In this document: piece by piece, positions 30,799 through 39,165 of the stretch
Layout of the letters: the number at the start of each line of letters is the position of its first letter
Position numbering within the stretch: position 1 is the first letter of the stretch
DNA from: Patescibacteria group bacterium
Lineage (GTDB): Bacteria > Patescibacteriota > Minisyncoccia > Phycocordibacterales > UBA1006
NCBI GenBank assembly: GCA_028286885.1
Contig: JAQBQS010000016.1
Coordinates: forward strand, 70,464 to 134,463
DNA length: 64,000 nt
Reading direction: 5' to 3'
Made by a program: the position numbers and the translations under genes
The notes under the pieces: model-generated
What the model was told of the DNA's origin: nothing
Databases searched by the model: none
What the model saw: the letters and a program-made list of their open reading frames with translations, nothing else

Positions 30799-31359
30799 TT
30801 ATTTATTCCTCTTCATCATCTCCATCTCATCTTGGTATTCTTGCACCTCCTCATCCGTCATGTGGCGGATGTCTTTCGCGTGGTCGACGAACAGGATTCC
30901 GTCCAAGTGGTCGATTTCGTGCTGGAAGATTTGCGACAAGAGTCCGGTGCCGGACATCGTAAACGTCTTGCCATCCTCGCCGACCGCACGGACAGTCACG
31001 GACTTGTTCCGTTTCGTTGTTCCATAGATCCAGCGGACGGACAAACAGCCTTCGCCTTTCGCCCAGAATGTTTCCTTGGACCGTTTCGTAATTTCAGGAT
31101 TGATGAAAATCTTGTCGGGCGTCGGCGTACCCGTGATATTTTTTTTCTTCAAGTCAAAGACGAATCCCGCCACGATGAACATGCGCACGGGTTCGGCGAT
31201 TTGGGGCGCGGCGATCGCAACGCCGTCGGGTTCGCGGTGCAAAGCCGTTTTCATGTCCGAAATCACCTTGCGGATGGCGCTCTTGGTAATCTCGGCAACG
31301 GGAATTTCATGCGCCTTGCCGCGAAGTATGAGGTTTGGTTCCTGGACGATCGTGCACAT
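30799..31359 (-). CDS. def: peptide deformylase
   Basis: GVAIAAPQI, EGCLSV and QHEIDHLDG motifs. Confidence 0.85.
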   Translation of the reverse strand: MCTIVQEPNLILRGKAHEIPVAEITKSAIRKVISDMKTALHREPDGVAIAAPQIAEPVRMFIVAGFVFDLKKKNITGTPTPDKIFINPEITKRSKETFWAKGEGCLSVRWIYGTTKRNKSVTVRAVGEDGKTFTMSGTGLLSQIFQHEIDHLDGILFVDHAKDIRHMTDEEVQEYQDEMEMMKRNK

Positions 31360-31408
31360 ATGCGAAAATACTGTAGCAAAAAATTGCCGAACTTGCTACG
31401 ATGGTTGC

Positions 31409-32017
31409 ATGCAAGAAACCTCACCTAAAAATTCATCGACCGCGTCGCGCGTTTGGTCGGAAATCTGGGACATTATCAAATTTTTGGCGCCGATCATTAT
31501 CGTCGTCTTCTTGATCCGTACCTACGTTGCGCAGCCGTTCATCGTCGACGGGGAATCGATGGCGCCGAACTTCCATACGGGGCATTACCTGATCATCGAC
31601 GAGATTTCGTACCATTTCCATCAGCCTGCACGCGGAGATGTTGTCGTCATGCGCTATCCGCTCGATACGTCGCGATTCTTCATCAAGCGAATCATCGGAC
31701 TGCCTGGCGATACGGTCTTGATCAAGGACGGCCATGTCGTCATTACGAATCCTGCGAATCCGAAGGGATATGTTCTGACCGAACCGTATGAAACGCAGGC
31801 GACGTTTCCAGCCGGCAACTACAATAACGTAACGCTGAAAGACGGCGAGTATTTCGCCCTCGGCGATAACCGCGGCGGATCATCGGATTCGAGAACGTGG
31901 GGCATCCTTCCGAAGAAGGACATCATCGGACATGTCATCTTGCGATTGTTCCCGATCAGCTCTGCGGGAATCGAACCGGCGAGCTTGAAGTCGTTTGAAA
32001 AGCCTGCGACTAACTAA
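31409..32017 (+). CDS. lepB: signal peptidase I
   Basis: GESMAPNF (catalytic Ser box), GDNRGGSSDSRTWG, and an N-terminal TM segment. The track start at 31076 overlaps def, so the in-frame ATG 31409 was used. Confidence 0.8.
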   Translation: MQETSPKNSSTASRVWSEIWDIIKFLAPIIIVVFLIRTYVAQPFIVDGESMAPNFHTGHYLIIDEISYHFHQPARGDVVVMRYPLDTSRFFIKRIIGLPGDTVLIKDGHVVITNPANPKGYVLTEPYETQATFPAGNYNNVTLKDGEYFALGDNRGGSSDSRTWGILPKKDIIGHVILRLFPISSAGIEPASLKSFEKPATN

Positions 32018-32032
32018 ACTAAATAGAAAAAT

Positions 32033-32062
32033 AAAAAAGCCGAGAATCATCTCGGCTTTTTG
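32033..32062. terminator. terminator hairpin, copy 1 of aaagccgaga-N4/5-tctcggcttt
   Basis: Serves lepB on the + strand and the small gene 32074-32286 on the - strand. Confidence 0.6.
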
Positions 32063-32073
32063 AATTTTTGAAA

Positions 32074-32286
32074 TTATCTTTTGAATACTAATAATGCAGA
32101 AATTATTAACAGTCCTATCGAGCCGCATACGCCCATGATGACTGCGGTATGTTCTACGTGGTCATGGAATTCCTCGAGCGTTTTTGAAAAGTGATAATCC
32201 TGGATCCATAATCCCGCGGTTATTAGTAGTACTAAGAAAAGGTATCCTCCTAAGACTACGAAGTAATCTTTTGCTGAAAGTTTCAT
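32074..32286 (-). CDS. small 2-TM membrane protein (70 aa)
   Basis: Hydrophobic helices; flanked by the repeated promoter and terminator modules. Confidence 0.45.
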   Translation of the reverse strand: MKLSAKDYFVVLGGYLFLVLLITAGLWIQDYHFSKTLEEFHDHVEHTAVIMGVCGSIGLLIISALLVFKR

Positions 32287-32292
32287 ATTGAA

Positions 32293-32323
32293 TGTTTTGG
32301 TTTAAATCACCTTACAATTTTAA
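32293..32323 (-). repeat. 31 bp repeat, copy 1 (5' flank of the small gene)
   Basis: tgttttggtttaaatcaccttacaattttaa; 30/31 identical to 32648-32678. Confidence 0.8.
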
Positions 32324-32352
32324 TTCTAAGAAGTCAAGTAGTCGTAGAAAAT

Positions 32353-32381
32353 AAAAAAGCCGAGATGCGTTCTCGGTTTTT
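32353..32381. terminator. terminator hairpin, copy 2 of the aaagccgaga...tctcgg module
   Basis: aaaaagccgagatgcgttctcggttttt, located downstream of gene 32389-32640. Confidence 0.55.
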
Positions 32382-32388
32382 ATAAAAG

Positions 32389-32640
32389 TTATTTGCATTT
32401 CAATACCGTTTCGCCTTCAGGAAAGAAAGAGAAACCCGGGTTATCTTTGCTACTCATAGATATTGTTACGGCATCAGAATCAGGATGTTCTTGTACGACA
32501 AGAATAAAGTTTTCATCAATGAAATCCTCGACTTGGTAGTGGACTTTCTTGCCGCACAGGGCCGCACCGGTTTTTTGTTTCTTGTGCGAACATGCTCCCA
32601 ATAAAATCGACAAGGCAAGGACAATGAGTAAATTTTTCAT
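32389..32640 (-). CDS. small lipoprotein (83 aa)
   Basis: Signal peptide with lipobox LLGAC. Confidence 0.5.
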   Translation of the reverse strand: MKNLLIVLALSILLGACSHKKQKTGAALCGKKVHYQVEDFIDENFILVVQEHPDSDAVTISMSSKDNPGFSFFPEGETVLKCK

Positions 32641-32647
32641 ATATTAG

Positions 32648-32678
32648 TTTTTGGTTTAAATCACCTTACAATTTTAAA
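32648..32678 (-). repeat. 31 bp repeat, copy 2 (5' flank of the lipoprotein gene)
   Basis: gtttttggtttaaatcaccttacaattttaa. Confidence 0.8.
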
Positions 32679-32728
32679 CGTTCCAAGTCAATAGACAATG
32701 AAATCCCACACTATATAATGAACGCATT

Positions 32729-34042
32729 ATGGCAAGCGAGAAAAAAGCGGACAAAAAAATCGGCGCGAATTTGCAAGCGGTAAAAGGCATGCGCGACATC
32801 ACGGGCGACGAGTATTACAAGTTCCAGGGATTCTTCGAGAAGGCGCAGGAAGTTTCCGAGTACTACGGATTCAAGCCGATCGAAACTCCAATGGTTGAAT
32901 ATTCTGACGTGTTCACAACCGCAATCGGCGAAGGCACCGATGTCGTCGACAAGGAAATGTATTCCTTCAAGACGAAAGGCGGCGACATGATCGCCATGCG
33001 CCCGGAGCACACCGCCGGCACGATGCGATCATACATTGAAAACGGAATGGCGAACCAGCCTCAGCCGGTCTTGCTCTACACCTATGGCCCGTCGTTTAGG
33101 CACGACACGCCGCAGAAAGGGCGCTATCGCCAGTTCTACCAGTTCGACCTCGACGCGCTCGGCTCTGAAAAGTCGATCGTCGACGCATTGGTCATCAAGA
33201 CGATGTATACGATTCTCGAAGAAGCGGGAGCAAAAGATTTGTCGGTGGACATCAATTCAATCGGCGACAAGGAATGCCGCGGACGCTACATCCGGGAGCT
33301 TACGAATTACTACAAGAAGCACTTGAAGGATTTGCCGGCAGTAGACAAGGAGCGCCTCGCCGGAAATCCTCTTCGCATTCTCGATTCAAAAGAAGCCAAG
33401 ACGATCGAGATCAACGAGGATGCGCCCGATGCCGTTTCATATTTGTGTCCCGCGTGCAAGAAGCACTTCAAAGAAGTTCTCGAATACTTGGAAGAAATGG
33501 AAATTCCATATTCGATTAACAAGAACCTCGTTCGCGGATTGTCGTACTACACGCGCACCGTGTTTGAGATTATCCAGGACATTGCCGAGGAGGGAGGCGA
33601 GTCGAAGAAACTTACGATCTGCGGAGGCGGGCGCTACGACTACTTGGGCAAGATGCTCGGATCGAAAAAAGACGTTCCTGCGATGGGCGCAGCTATCGGC
33701 GTCGATCGTGTCGTTGCGAGTTCGTGGTATGCGAACTTGAAACCCCGCATCATGAAAGATCCGGAGGCGTATTTTATCCAATTCGGACTCGAGGCGAAAT
33801 TGAAATCGCTCAACATCATGGAAATTCTCCGCAAGGCGAAGTTCCCGGTGATCCAGTCGATTTCAAAAGACAAGCTCGGTTCGCAGCTCGGCCACGCAGA
33901 AAAGCTCGGCGTGAAATATGTGATGATCTTCGGTCAGCGCGAGGCGCTCGACAATACGGTAATCGTGCGCAACATGGAAACGCGTTCGCAGGATAACGTG
34001 AAGATCGACGACTTGAAGGATTACTTGAAGAAATTGAAGTAG
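32729..34042 (+). CDS. hisS: histidyl-tRNA synthetase
   Basis: Class II motifs: MRDITGDEYY...MIAMRPEHTA...YGPSFRHDTPQKGRYRQFYQFDLDALG...GGGRYD. Confidence 0.9.
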   Translation: MASEKKADKKIGANLQAVKGMRDITGDEYYKFQGFFEKAQEVSEYYGFKPIETPMVEYSDVFTTAIGEGTDVVDKEMYSFKTKGGDMIAMRPEHTAGTMRSYIENGMANQPQPVLLYTYGPSFRHDTPQKGRYRQFYQFDLDALGSEKSIVDALVIKTMYTILEEAGAKDLSVDINSIGDKECRGRYIRELTNYYKKHLKDLPAVDKERLAGNPLRILDSKEAKTIEINEDAPDAVSYLCPACKKHFKEVLEYLEEMEIPYSINKNLVRGLSYYTRTVFEIIQDIAEEGGESKKLTICGGGRYDYLGKMLGSKKDVPAMGAAIGVDRVVASSWYANLKPRIMKDPEAYFIQFGLEAKLKSLNIMEILRKAKFPVIQSISKDKLGSQLGHAEKLGVKYVMIFGQREALDNTVIVRNMETRSQDNVKIDDLKDYLKKLK

Positions 34043-34046
34043 TGAT

Positions 34047-34072
34047 AAAAAATCCCGATCGGGATTTTTTAT
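34047..34072 (+). terminator. rho-independent terminator
   Basis: Palindrome aatcccgatcgggatt followed by TTTTTT. Confidence 0.7.
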
Positions 34073-34091
34073 TTGTGATACCATATTTGTT

Positions 34092-34631
34092 ATGAAGCAC
34101 GGAATCAAAAAAGCATTTCTCGCGGGCATTCTTGTCGTCTGCATTCTTGTCGCAAGCTACGCCGTATTCCATAAGACGAATAAATCAACAAACGAATATC
34201 TGCCGATCGACGAGAGCCTGTCGACGCCGGGCGGAACAATCCATGTCCGCGTTGCCGATACGGATGCAGAGAGGGAGCTTGGCTTGTCGTATTTTAAAAA
34301 ACTGCCGACAGACCAGGGAATGCTGTTTGTATTTGATAAGCCGGGCATTTATCCGTTTTGGATGAAAGGAATGAAGTTTCCCCTTGATATGGTCTGGCTC
34401 AAGAAGGCGCCCGACAGCACCTTTGCGCCAGGGCATTTTTATGAGGTTGTTTCCATTACCAGGAATGCAACGCCCGGCAGTTATCCGGAAGGAACATTCC
34501 AATCCGATGCGCCGGCAGATGCGGTCTTGGAAATAAATGCCAATACGGCCTACCGGTTCGGCCTCGTTGCCGGAGAAAGGATCCAGATCATACCTTTCAT
34601 AACCGGACGCGGGCCTGTTTTAAACCCCTAG
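34092..34631 (+). CDS. DUF192-family secreted/membrane-anchored protein
   Basis: MLFVFDKP...FWMKGMKFPLDMVWL pattern typical of DUF192 (COG1430). Confidence 0.5.
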   Translation: MKHGIKKAFLAGILVVCILVASYAVFHKTNKSTNEYLPIDESLSTPGGTIHVRVADTDAERELGLSYFKKLPTDQGMLFVFDKPGIYPFWMKGMKFPLDMVWLKKAPDSTFAPGHFYEVVSITRNATPGSYPEGTFQSDAPADAVLEINANTAYRFGLVAGERIQIIPFITGRGPVLNP

Positions 34632-34660
34632 AAATAAGGGTTTTTCGACGCCTTTTGTAC

Positions 34661-34689
34661 TTGACAAATTGATTGTATTATGCTAATAT
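34661..34689 (+). promoter_or_regulatory. consensus sigma70 promoter
   Basis: TTGACA-17 nt-TAATAT; AGAGG lies 5 nt before ATG 34699. Confidence 0.6.
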
Positions 34690-34698
34690 AGAGGTATT

Positions 34699-35811
34699 AT
34701 GAAACAGATCACATTTGCCACGGCCACATTCGCGCTTGCCCTCGCCGTTTTTATGGCTCCGGCATTTGCGCACGCAGACGGCCCGACTATTATGATCGTC
34801 GGCGCCTCAAACATTTATTATAATGACGCCCGCGTGCAGGTCTTGTTTAACGCCAGCACGGTTGATTATTCAAACCTGCCGAGCCTTACTGTCCAGTATG
34901 CTGACACGAAAACCGGCGAGATTTTCTCGACAGGTGCGGCACACGAATATACGACATCGCATACGGAAGTCTTCGACTTGCAGAATCTGCATGCGTCGAC
35001 AACCTATTCATATCGCGCCATCCTGACCTACGGAGGCGGAACGATTACCACGGAACCTCAGACGTTCACGACGCCGGGACAAAACGGTTCATATGTGTCC
35101 ACATCTGCAACAACTCAAGCAACGACACAGAACCAGTCTACGACGTCCCAGACGGCAACTAATTCTACGACGACTTCATCAAGTTCAAGCTCGGCATCAA
35201 CTAGCAAACTATCGCTCCAGGCCGTAGCCAAAAAAGTAACTCCTGCAAATCTCGAAAAGAATATTTCCAACAATGTCGCTACGGGTGGCGTAACCCATGC
35301 AAACGGAATCGTACTGTACATTTCCGACGAGCATGCGCGCGTCTACCAGGATGACAGCGTTACGTTCACGATCAAGACGCAAAATACGCACTCGTACAGC
35401 ATCAACGATGCGCGAGTGACGGTAGAGCTTCCTGATCAGTATGAATTCTCAAGTTCAGGCAGCGACGCGGATTACGATTCGCATGCGAACACCGTAACGT
35501 ACGAGTTCGGACGAATCGCCGCCCAGGCTACCGAATCGTTTACCTTCAAGGCCGACGCAGTCGGAGAAGGGAACGGGACCGTGTACACCAAAGCAACGAT
35601 GGAATATGACGGCGGTCAGCTGTCAGCATCGGACCATGACGCGTACGAAAGCGGATCAAAATCCGTCCTCGGCGCATCGGTATTCGGAGCGGGATTCTTC
35701 CCGCAGACGTTTGCCGGATGGTTCCTCATCCTGCTCCTGATTGTTATCATCATTGTCGCAGCGCGGCGTTATGTGAAGGCTCAGCCTGCACAGCCGGCTC
35801 CGGCGAAGTAA
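34699..35811 (+). CDS. cell-surface protein with signal peptide, Thr/Ser-rich linker, DUF11/CARDB-like beta-sandwich and C-terminal TM anchor
   Basis: MKQITFATATFALALAVFMAPAFA signal; DDSVTFTIKTQNTHSYSINDARVTVELP; C-terminal WFLILLLIVIIIVAARR. Confidence 0.55.
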   Translation: MKQITFATATFALALAVFMAPAFAHADGPTIMIVGASNIYYNDARVQVLFNASTVDYSNLPSLTVQYADTKTGEIFSTGAAHEYTTSHTEVFDLQNLHASTTYSYRAILTYGGGTITTEPQTFTTPGQNGSYVSTSATTQATTQNQSTTSQTATNSTTTSSSSSSASTSKLSLQAVAKKVTPANLEKNISNNVATGGVTHANGIVLYISDEHARVYQDDSVTFTIKTQNTHSYSINDARVTVELPDQYEFSSSGSDADYDSHANTVTYEFGRIAAQATESFTFKADAVGEGNGTVYTKATMEYDGGQLSASDHDAYESGSKSVLGASVFGAGFFPQTFAGWFLILLLIVIIIVAARRYVKAQPAQPAPAK

Positions 35812-35823
35812 CAATTCAACAAG

Positions 35824-35854
35824 AAAACAGGCGGGCATTGCCCGCCTGTTTTCT
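35824..35854 (+). terminator. rho-independent terminator
   Basis: acaggcgggc-att-gcccgcctgt followed by TTTT. Confidence 0.7.
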
Positions 35855-35883
35855 TGACAAATTAAATTAATTATGATAAATTA
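35855..35883 (+). promoter_or_regulatory. sigma70-like promoter
   Basis: TTGACAaatt...TAAATT. Confidence 0.45.
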
Positions 35884-35916
35884 ATCTCAAATATTCAAAA
35901 ACTAAATCACATCAAT

Positions 35917-36363
35917 ATGAAAAAAGTAATCGTCGTGATCGGCCATCCGAGCAATCCCTTCGTCAAAAAGTGTATCGACCTTTTCGTCTCAACGCTTGAA
36001 AGCCTTCAGAAGACTATAGTCTATCTAGTCGAAGACCATGTAAATCCTCTCAAGAAGGTTAATGAGATTATTGACGGCAAGCCCGACCGGTATCTCGTCC
36101 TTTATCATGGGGACAAAACATCGGGTTTTAGCGAGAAGGAAAATATTCTGGCAAAGACGATATCCGCCGGCCGTCTCTTTTCGTCGCTCAACGAGCTCAT
36201 TCTGGATTTCAAAGAAGAAGCAACCAATGAAGAGCAGGTACAGAGGGCTTTCGTAGGTACTCTGTTTGGAATTCTTGGCATCCTTGAAATACCTTCCGGT
36301 TCGAAAGGCGCGATTGGAGGCGATGTTACGAAAAAAATATCTTCCCTAAGTGCTGGAAATTAG
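35917..36363 (+). CDS. hypothetical protein (148 aa)
   Basis: ORF with its own promoter and terminator. Confidence 0.45.
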   Translation: MKKVIVVIGHPSNPFVKKCIDLFVSTLESLQKTIVYLVEDHVNPLKKVNEIIDGKPDRYLVLYHGDKTSGFSEKENILAKTISAGRLFSSLNELILDFKEEATNEEQVQRAFVGTLFGILGILEIPSGSKGAIGGDVTKKISSLSAGN

Positions 36364-36372
36364 TAAAAATCA

Positions 36373-36403
36373 AAAACGCCCCGCATTGTGAGGCGTTTTT
36401 TTA
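36373..36403 (+). terminator. terminator, copy 1 of aaacgccccgcatt...gaggcgtttttt
   Basis: Hairpin followed by a T-run. Confidence 0.6.
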
Positions 36404-36404
36404 C

Positions 36405-36433
36405 TTGACAAATTCACATAATTGTGATAAAAT
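36405..36433 (+). promoter_or_regulatory. sigma70-like promoter
   Basis: TTGACA-17 nt-TAAAAT; followed by a 170 nt leader. Confidence 0.5.
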
Positions 36434-36603
36434 TACTTACAGATCTTGGATCTTATATCGTGACAGGGAACAACACGATGAATGGCGCGAAGCAACCAAA
36501 ACTCGTCTGTCCATTGGATGATCTCATGGAACGTCCGTTTGCGGATTGAAATCGCAAAATAGTCCTTAGATTAAAGTGCTCGGACGATAAACTGCACACA
36601 GTT

Positions 36604-37233
36604 ATGAAGTTTTCACAAGTTCTTTCAAAAGTAAAAGCTGCCATCGCAGCATGGATCTGGAGTCTTATTTCTAACAGTGAGGCTTTTGAAAAAGTAGTCA
36701 ATGAAATGATTAACAAAAAGCTGAAGCTAGTGGAAAAAAGCTGGGACGAAGGTTTTGAATCTCTTTCCAATCAGGTTTCAGAAATGGAGGAAAAATTGAC
36801 TCCTGAAAAAATCAGAAGAATTCAGGATCCTAATCGCTTTGAAAAGAATGGTATAGCAATCCGTTTCGTCCCGGACAAAAAGGATTATGCGACTTTCCAT
36901 TTTTCAAAACCCTTATTTTCAGAAGGTGTCTATGCTTACGCATTTGATTATCCAATGAAGAAAGTGTGTGTTACCTCGATTGGTAAAGATTCTGAAGTGA
37001 CGGAACGTATTGCGCAGGTCAGGGATTCCATATTCGATCTTGCAGTATGTGAGTCATTGGGAATTCGGGCGTTGTCTATTTCAGTCAGAAAAACAGGTGC
37101 TTTGTCTTGGGATGAAATAATTCCACAAATCAACGAAATCTTTTTCAATCTCCTTGCCGAGAAATCTGACGATGAAGTTGAAGCTAAAGAGCTAATTGTG
37201 CTAGCTGAAAAAAACGGAACTGAAGAAGAGTAA
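36604..37233 (+). CDS. hypothetical protein (209 aa)
   Basis: ORF with a long 5' leader; no recognised domain. Confidence 0.45.
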   Translation: MKFSQVLSKVKAAIAAWIWSLISNSEAFEKVVNEMINKKLKLVEKSWDEGFESLSNQVSEMEEKLTPEKIRRIQDPNRFEKNGIAIRFVPDKKDYATFHFSKPLFSEGVYAYAFDYPMKKVCVTSIGKDSEVTERIAQVRDSIFDLAVCESLGIRALSISVRKTGALSWDEIIPQINEIFFNLLAEKSDDEVEAKELIVLAEKNGTEEE

Positions 37234-37245
37234 TTTTTTCAAACA

Positions 37246-37279
37246 CAAACGCCCCGCATTTCTGCGAGGCGTTTTTTCT
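37246..37279. terminator. terminator, copy 2 of the aaacgccccgcatt...gaggcgtttttt module
   Basis: aaacgccccgcatttctgcgaggcgtttttt. Confidence 0.6.
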
Positions 37280-37287
37280 TATCCAAT

Positions 37288-38586
37288 TTATTCCGCAGCT
37301 GGAGCTTCAGGCGCTTCAGTTTCCGCGGGAGCTGCCGCTTCTTCCGTTGAATCCTTGGTCAGTTCAGCTTCGTTCTGTACGAAATCTGAAATTGACTTGA
37401 ATCCTTCGTCGTCAAGCGGTGCGCCTTCCTCGTTCACTTCCTCGCCCTTGATTCCCTTGATGTCGATTTTCCATCCCGTAAGCTTCGCGGCAAGGCGAAC
37501 ATTCTGTCCGCCCTTTCCGATGGCCAATGAAAGCTGGTCGTCGGCGACGGTTACGTTTGCCTGATGCGTTTCCTCGTTGATTGAAATGTCGAGAACGCGA
37601 GCCGGTGCGAGTGCGTTTGAAACGTACTCTGATGAATCGGCAGAGAAAGGAATGATGTCGATCTGCTCGCCGTGGAGTTCCTCGGTGATAGATCGTACGC
37701 GAACTCCTCGCTGGCCGATGCATGCGCCCTGCGCGTCGACGTTGTCATCGTTTGACCAGACCGCAATCTTTGATCGCGCCCCGGCCTCGCGTGCAATTGA
37801 TTTGATTTCAACCGTTCCCGCTGCGACTTCAGGCGACTCGACTGCGAACAGTCCTTCGATGAACCGAGGATGCGTTCGCGACAATCGCAAATTAATTCCT
37901 TTCGGTCCTTCTTCTACTTGATACAGATACGCCTTGATGCGATCGCCGGTCTTGTAGAATTCTCCCGGAATCTGTTCGCTTCTTGGCAAAACACCTGTTG
38001 CTCGATTGAAATCGATGAAGACCATTCCGCGATCAACTTTTTGAACTGATCCGATGATGATCTCGCCCTGCTTGCCTTCATACTCGTTCATGACCGATCC
38101 GCGTTCCGCTTCTCGGATTTTCTGCATGATGACCTGCTTGGCGGTCTGGGCCGCAACGCGTCCGAAATCCGTTTCCGGCGTTTCAAGAGGGAAGATGATC
38201 TCGTCGCCGATTGCGGCGTTCGCCTTGAACAATTTCGCAGCGTCGAGGAACATGTGCTTTTCCTCGTCGTAGCGCGGCTTCACTTCCTCGTCGGCCTTCT
38301 CCATGTCCCGGAGCTCGGGATTCGCGCGGAGCTTTTCCATGTCCTCTTCCGAAAGTGCCGGACGGACGGAATCCTCGTCAACGACTGTTTTTACCTGCGT
38401 GAATGTTACTGATCCGGTGTCCTGGTCGAACTGGCACCTAATGACCTGTCCTCGCTTTCCATGGTCCTTCTTGTAGGCTGCGGCGAGCGACTGCTCGATC
38501 GCATCCCACAAAACGGCTGCCGGAATTTTTTTCTCTTCTTCGATCTGGTCGATCGTTGTCTTTAAAAGTTTTACATCAAAGAGCAT
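37288..38586 (-). CDS. nusA: transcription termination/antitermination factor NusA
   Basis: NusA N-terminal domain, S1 domain and KH domains (GACIGQRGVRVRSITEEL...); acidic C-terminal tail. Confidence 0.85.
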   Translation of the reverse strand: MLFDVKLLKTTIDQIEEEKKIPAAVLWDAIEQSLAAAYKKDHGKRGQVIRCQFDQDTGSVTFTQVKTVVDEDSVRPALSEEDMEKLRANPELRDMEKADEEVKPRYDEEKHMFLDAAKLFKANAAIGDEIIFPLETPETDFGRVAAQTAKQVIMQKIREAERGSVMNEYEGKQGEIIIGSVQKVDRGMVFIDFNRATGVLPRSEQIPGEFYKTGDRIKAYLYQVEEGPKGINLRLSRTHPRFIEGLFAVESPEVAAGTVEIKSIAREAGARSKIAVWSNDDNVDAQGACIGQRGVRVRSITEELHGEQIDIIPFSADSSEYVSNALAPARVLDISINEETHQANVTVADDQLSLAIGKGGQNVRLAAKLTGWKIDIKGIKGEEVNEEGAPLDDEGFKSISDFVQNEAELTKDSTEEAAAPAETEAPEAPAAE

Positions 38587-38695
38587 ATATCTAATTGTGT
38601 CTTTTATTTTTTTAATGGAGCGCCTTTTGACATAGGCACTAACGAAAAAACTGTAGCATATTTTTTCAAGTTATGCACACACGCACGCGGTTTCC

Positions 38696-38724
38696 TTGTT
38701 GATGCAATACTCCAATGATACAAT
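38696..38724 (+). promoter_or_regulatory. sigma70-like promoter, possibly giving a leaderless mRNA
   Basis: TTGTTG-17 nt-TACAAT, ending 8 nt before ATG 38733. Confidence 0.4.
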
Positions 38725-38732
38725 GTGCTCAT

Positions 38733-39161
38733 ATGGATCAAACCCTTTCGCAAACGAATCGCATTACTCCCGCACCGAGGACGGTAGATCCGTCGGGACA
38801 CGACCACATCCACCGACGTCACATGATCGTCTGGACGCTCCTCATCATTCTTGCATTGATCGTTATCGGCATCGTTACCTTGAAGCTGTATCACAAGCAA
38901 AGAGAAGCAGAATTCCAGAACTCTTATTCCCAAGCTCAGATAGAAAACCAGAAGAAATTTATCCAGCAGGTTGCCAATACTCCGGATTCCAAGCCGATGA
39001 CGGCTGCGGAACAAAAAGCGTATTTTGATTCGGTGAAGGCCGCCGATGCGTCTCAGAGTTCACAGGCACAAGCTGACCAATCAGCATATCTCGAGCAAGT
39101 AGCTGCTCGCGACCGAGCCGTCGAAGCCGGAGCGCGCGCCGATTATGACAAAACTCATTAA
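38733..39161 (+). CDS. membrane-anchored coiled-coil protein (143 aa)
   Basis: TM helix MIVWTLLIILALIVIGIVTL, then a Gln/Ala-rich region. Preferred over the antisense ORF 38604-39014. Confidence 0.45.
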   Translation: MDQTLSQTNRITPAPRTVDPSGHDHIHRRHMIVWTLLIILALIVIGIVTLKLYHKQREAEFQNSYSQAQIENQKKFIQQVANTPDSKPMTAAEQKAYFDSVKAADASQSSQAQADQSAYLEQVAARDRAVEAGARADYDKTH

Positions 39162-39165
39162 TCCT

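Noticed and set aside
31076-31408. Track ORF 31076-32017 would give a 313 aa signal peptidase
   Set aside because: Its 5' third overlaps def on the opposite strand. The conserved SPase domain begins after the in-frame ATG at 31409.
31950-31980. tRNA-like T-arm (cgccGGTTCGATTCCcgc on the minus strand) inside the extended C-terminal tail of lepB; it could mark an integration site next to the duplicated small-gene cassettes
   Set aside because: No matching acceptor, D or anticodon arms were found upstream. The T-stem has a mismatch and the sequence lies in an open reading frame. It is probably chance, or at most a very degraded tRNA remnant.
36453-36770. Minus-strand 105 aa ORF
   Set aside because: It is antisense to the leader and start of gene 36604-37233 and has no signals.
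38604-39014. Minus-strand ORF (136 aa) upstream of nusA, considered as rimP
   Set aside because: It has no RimP-like sequence and overlaps a + strand ORF that has a good promoter and a TM helix.
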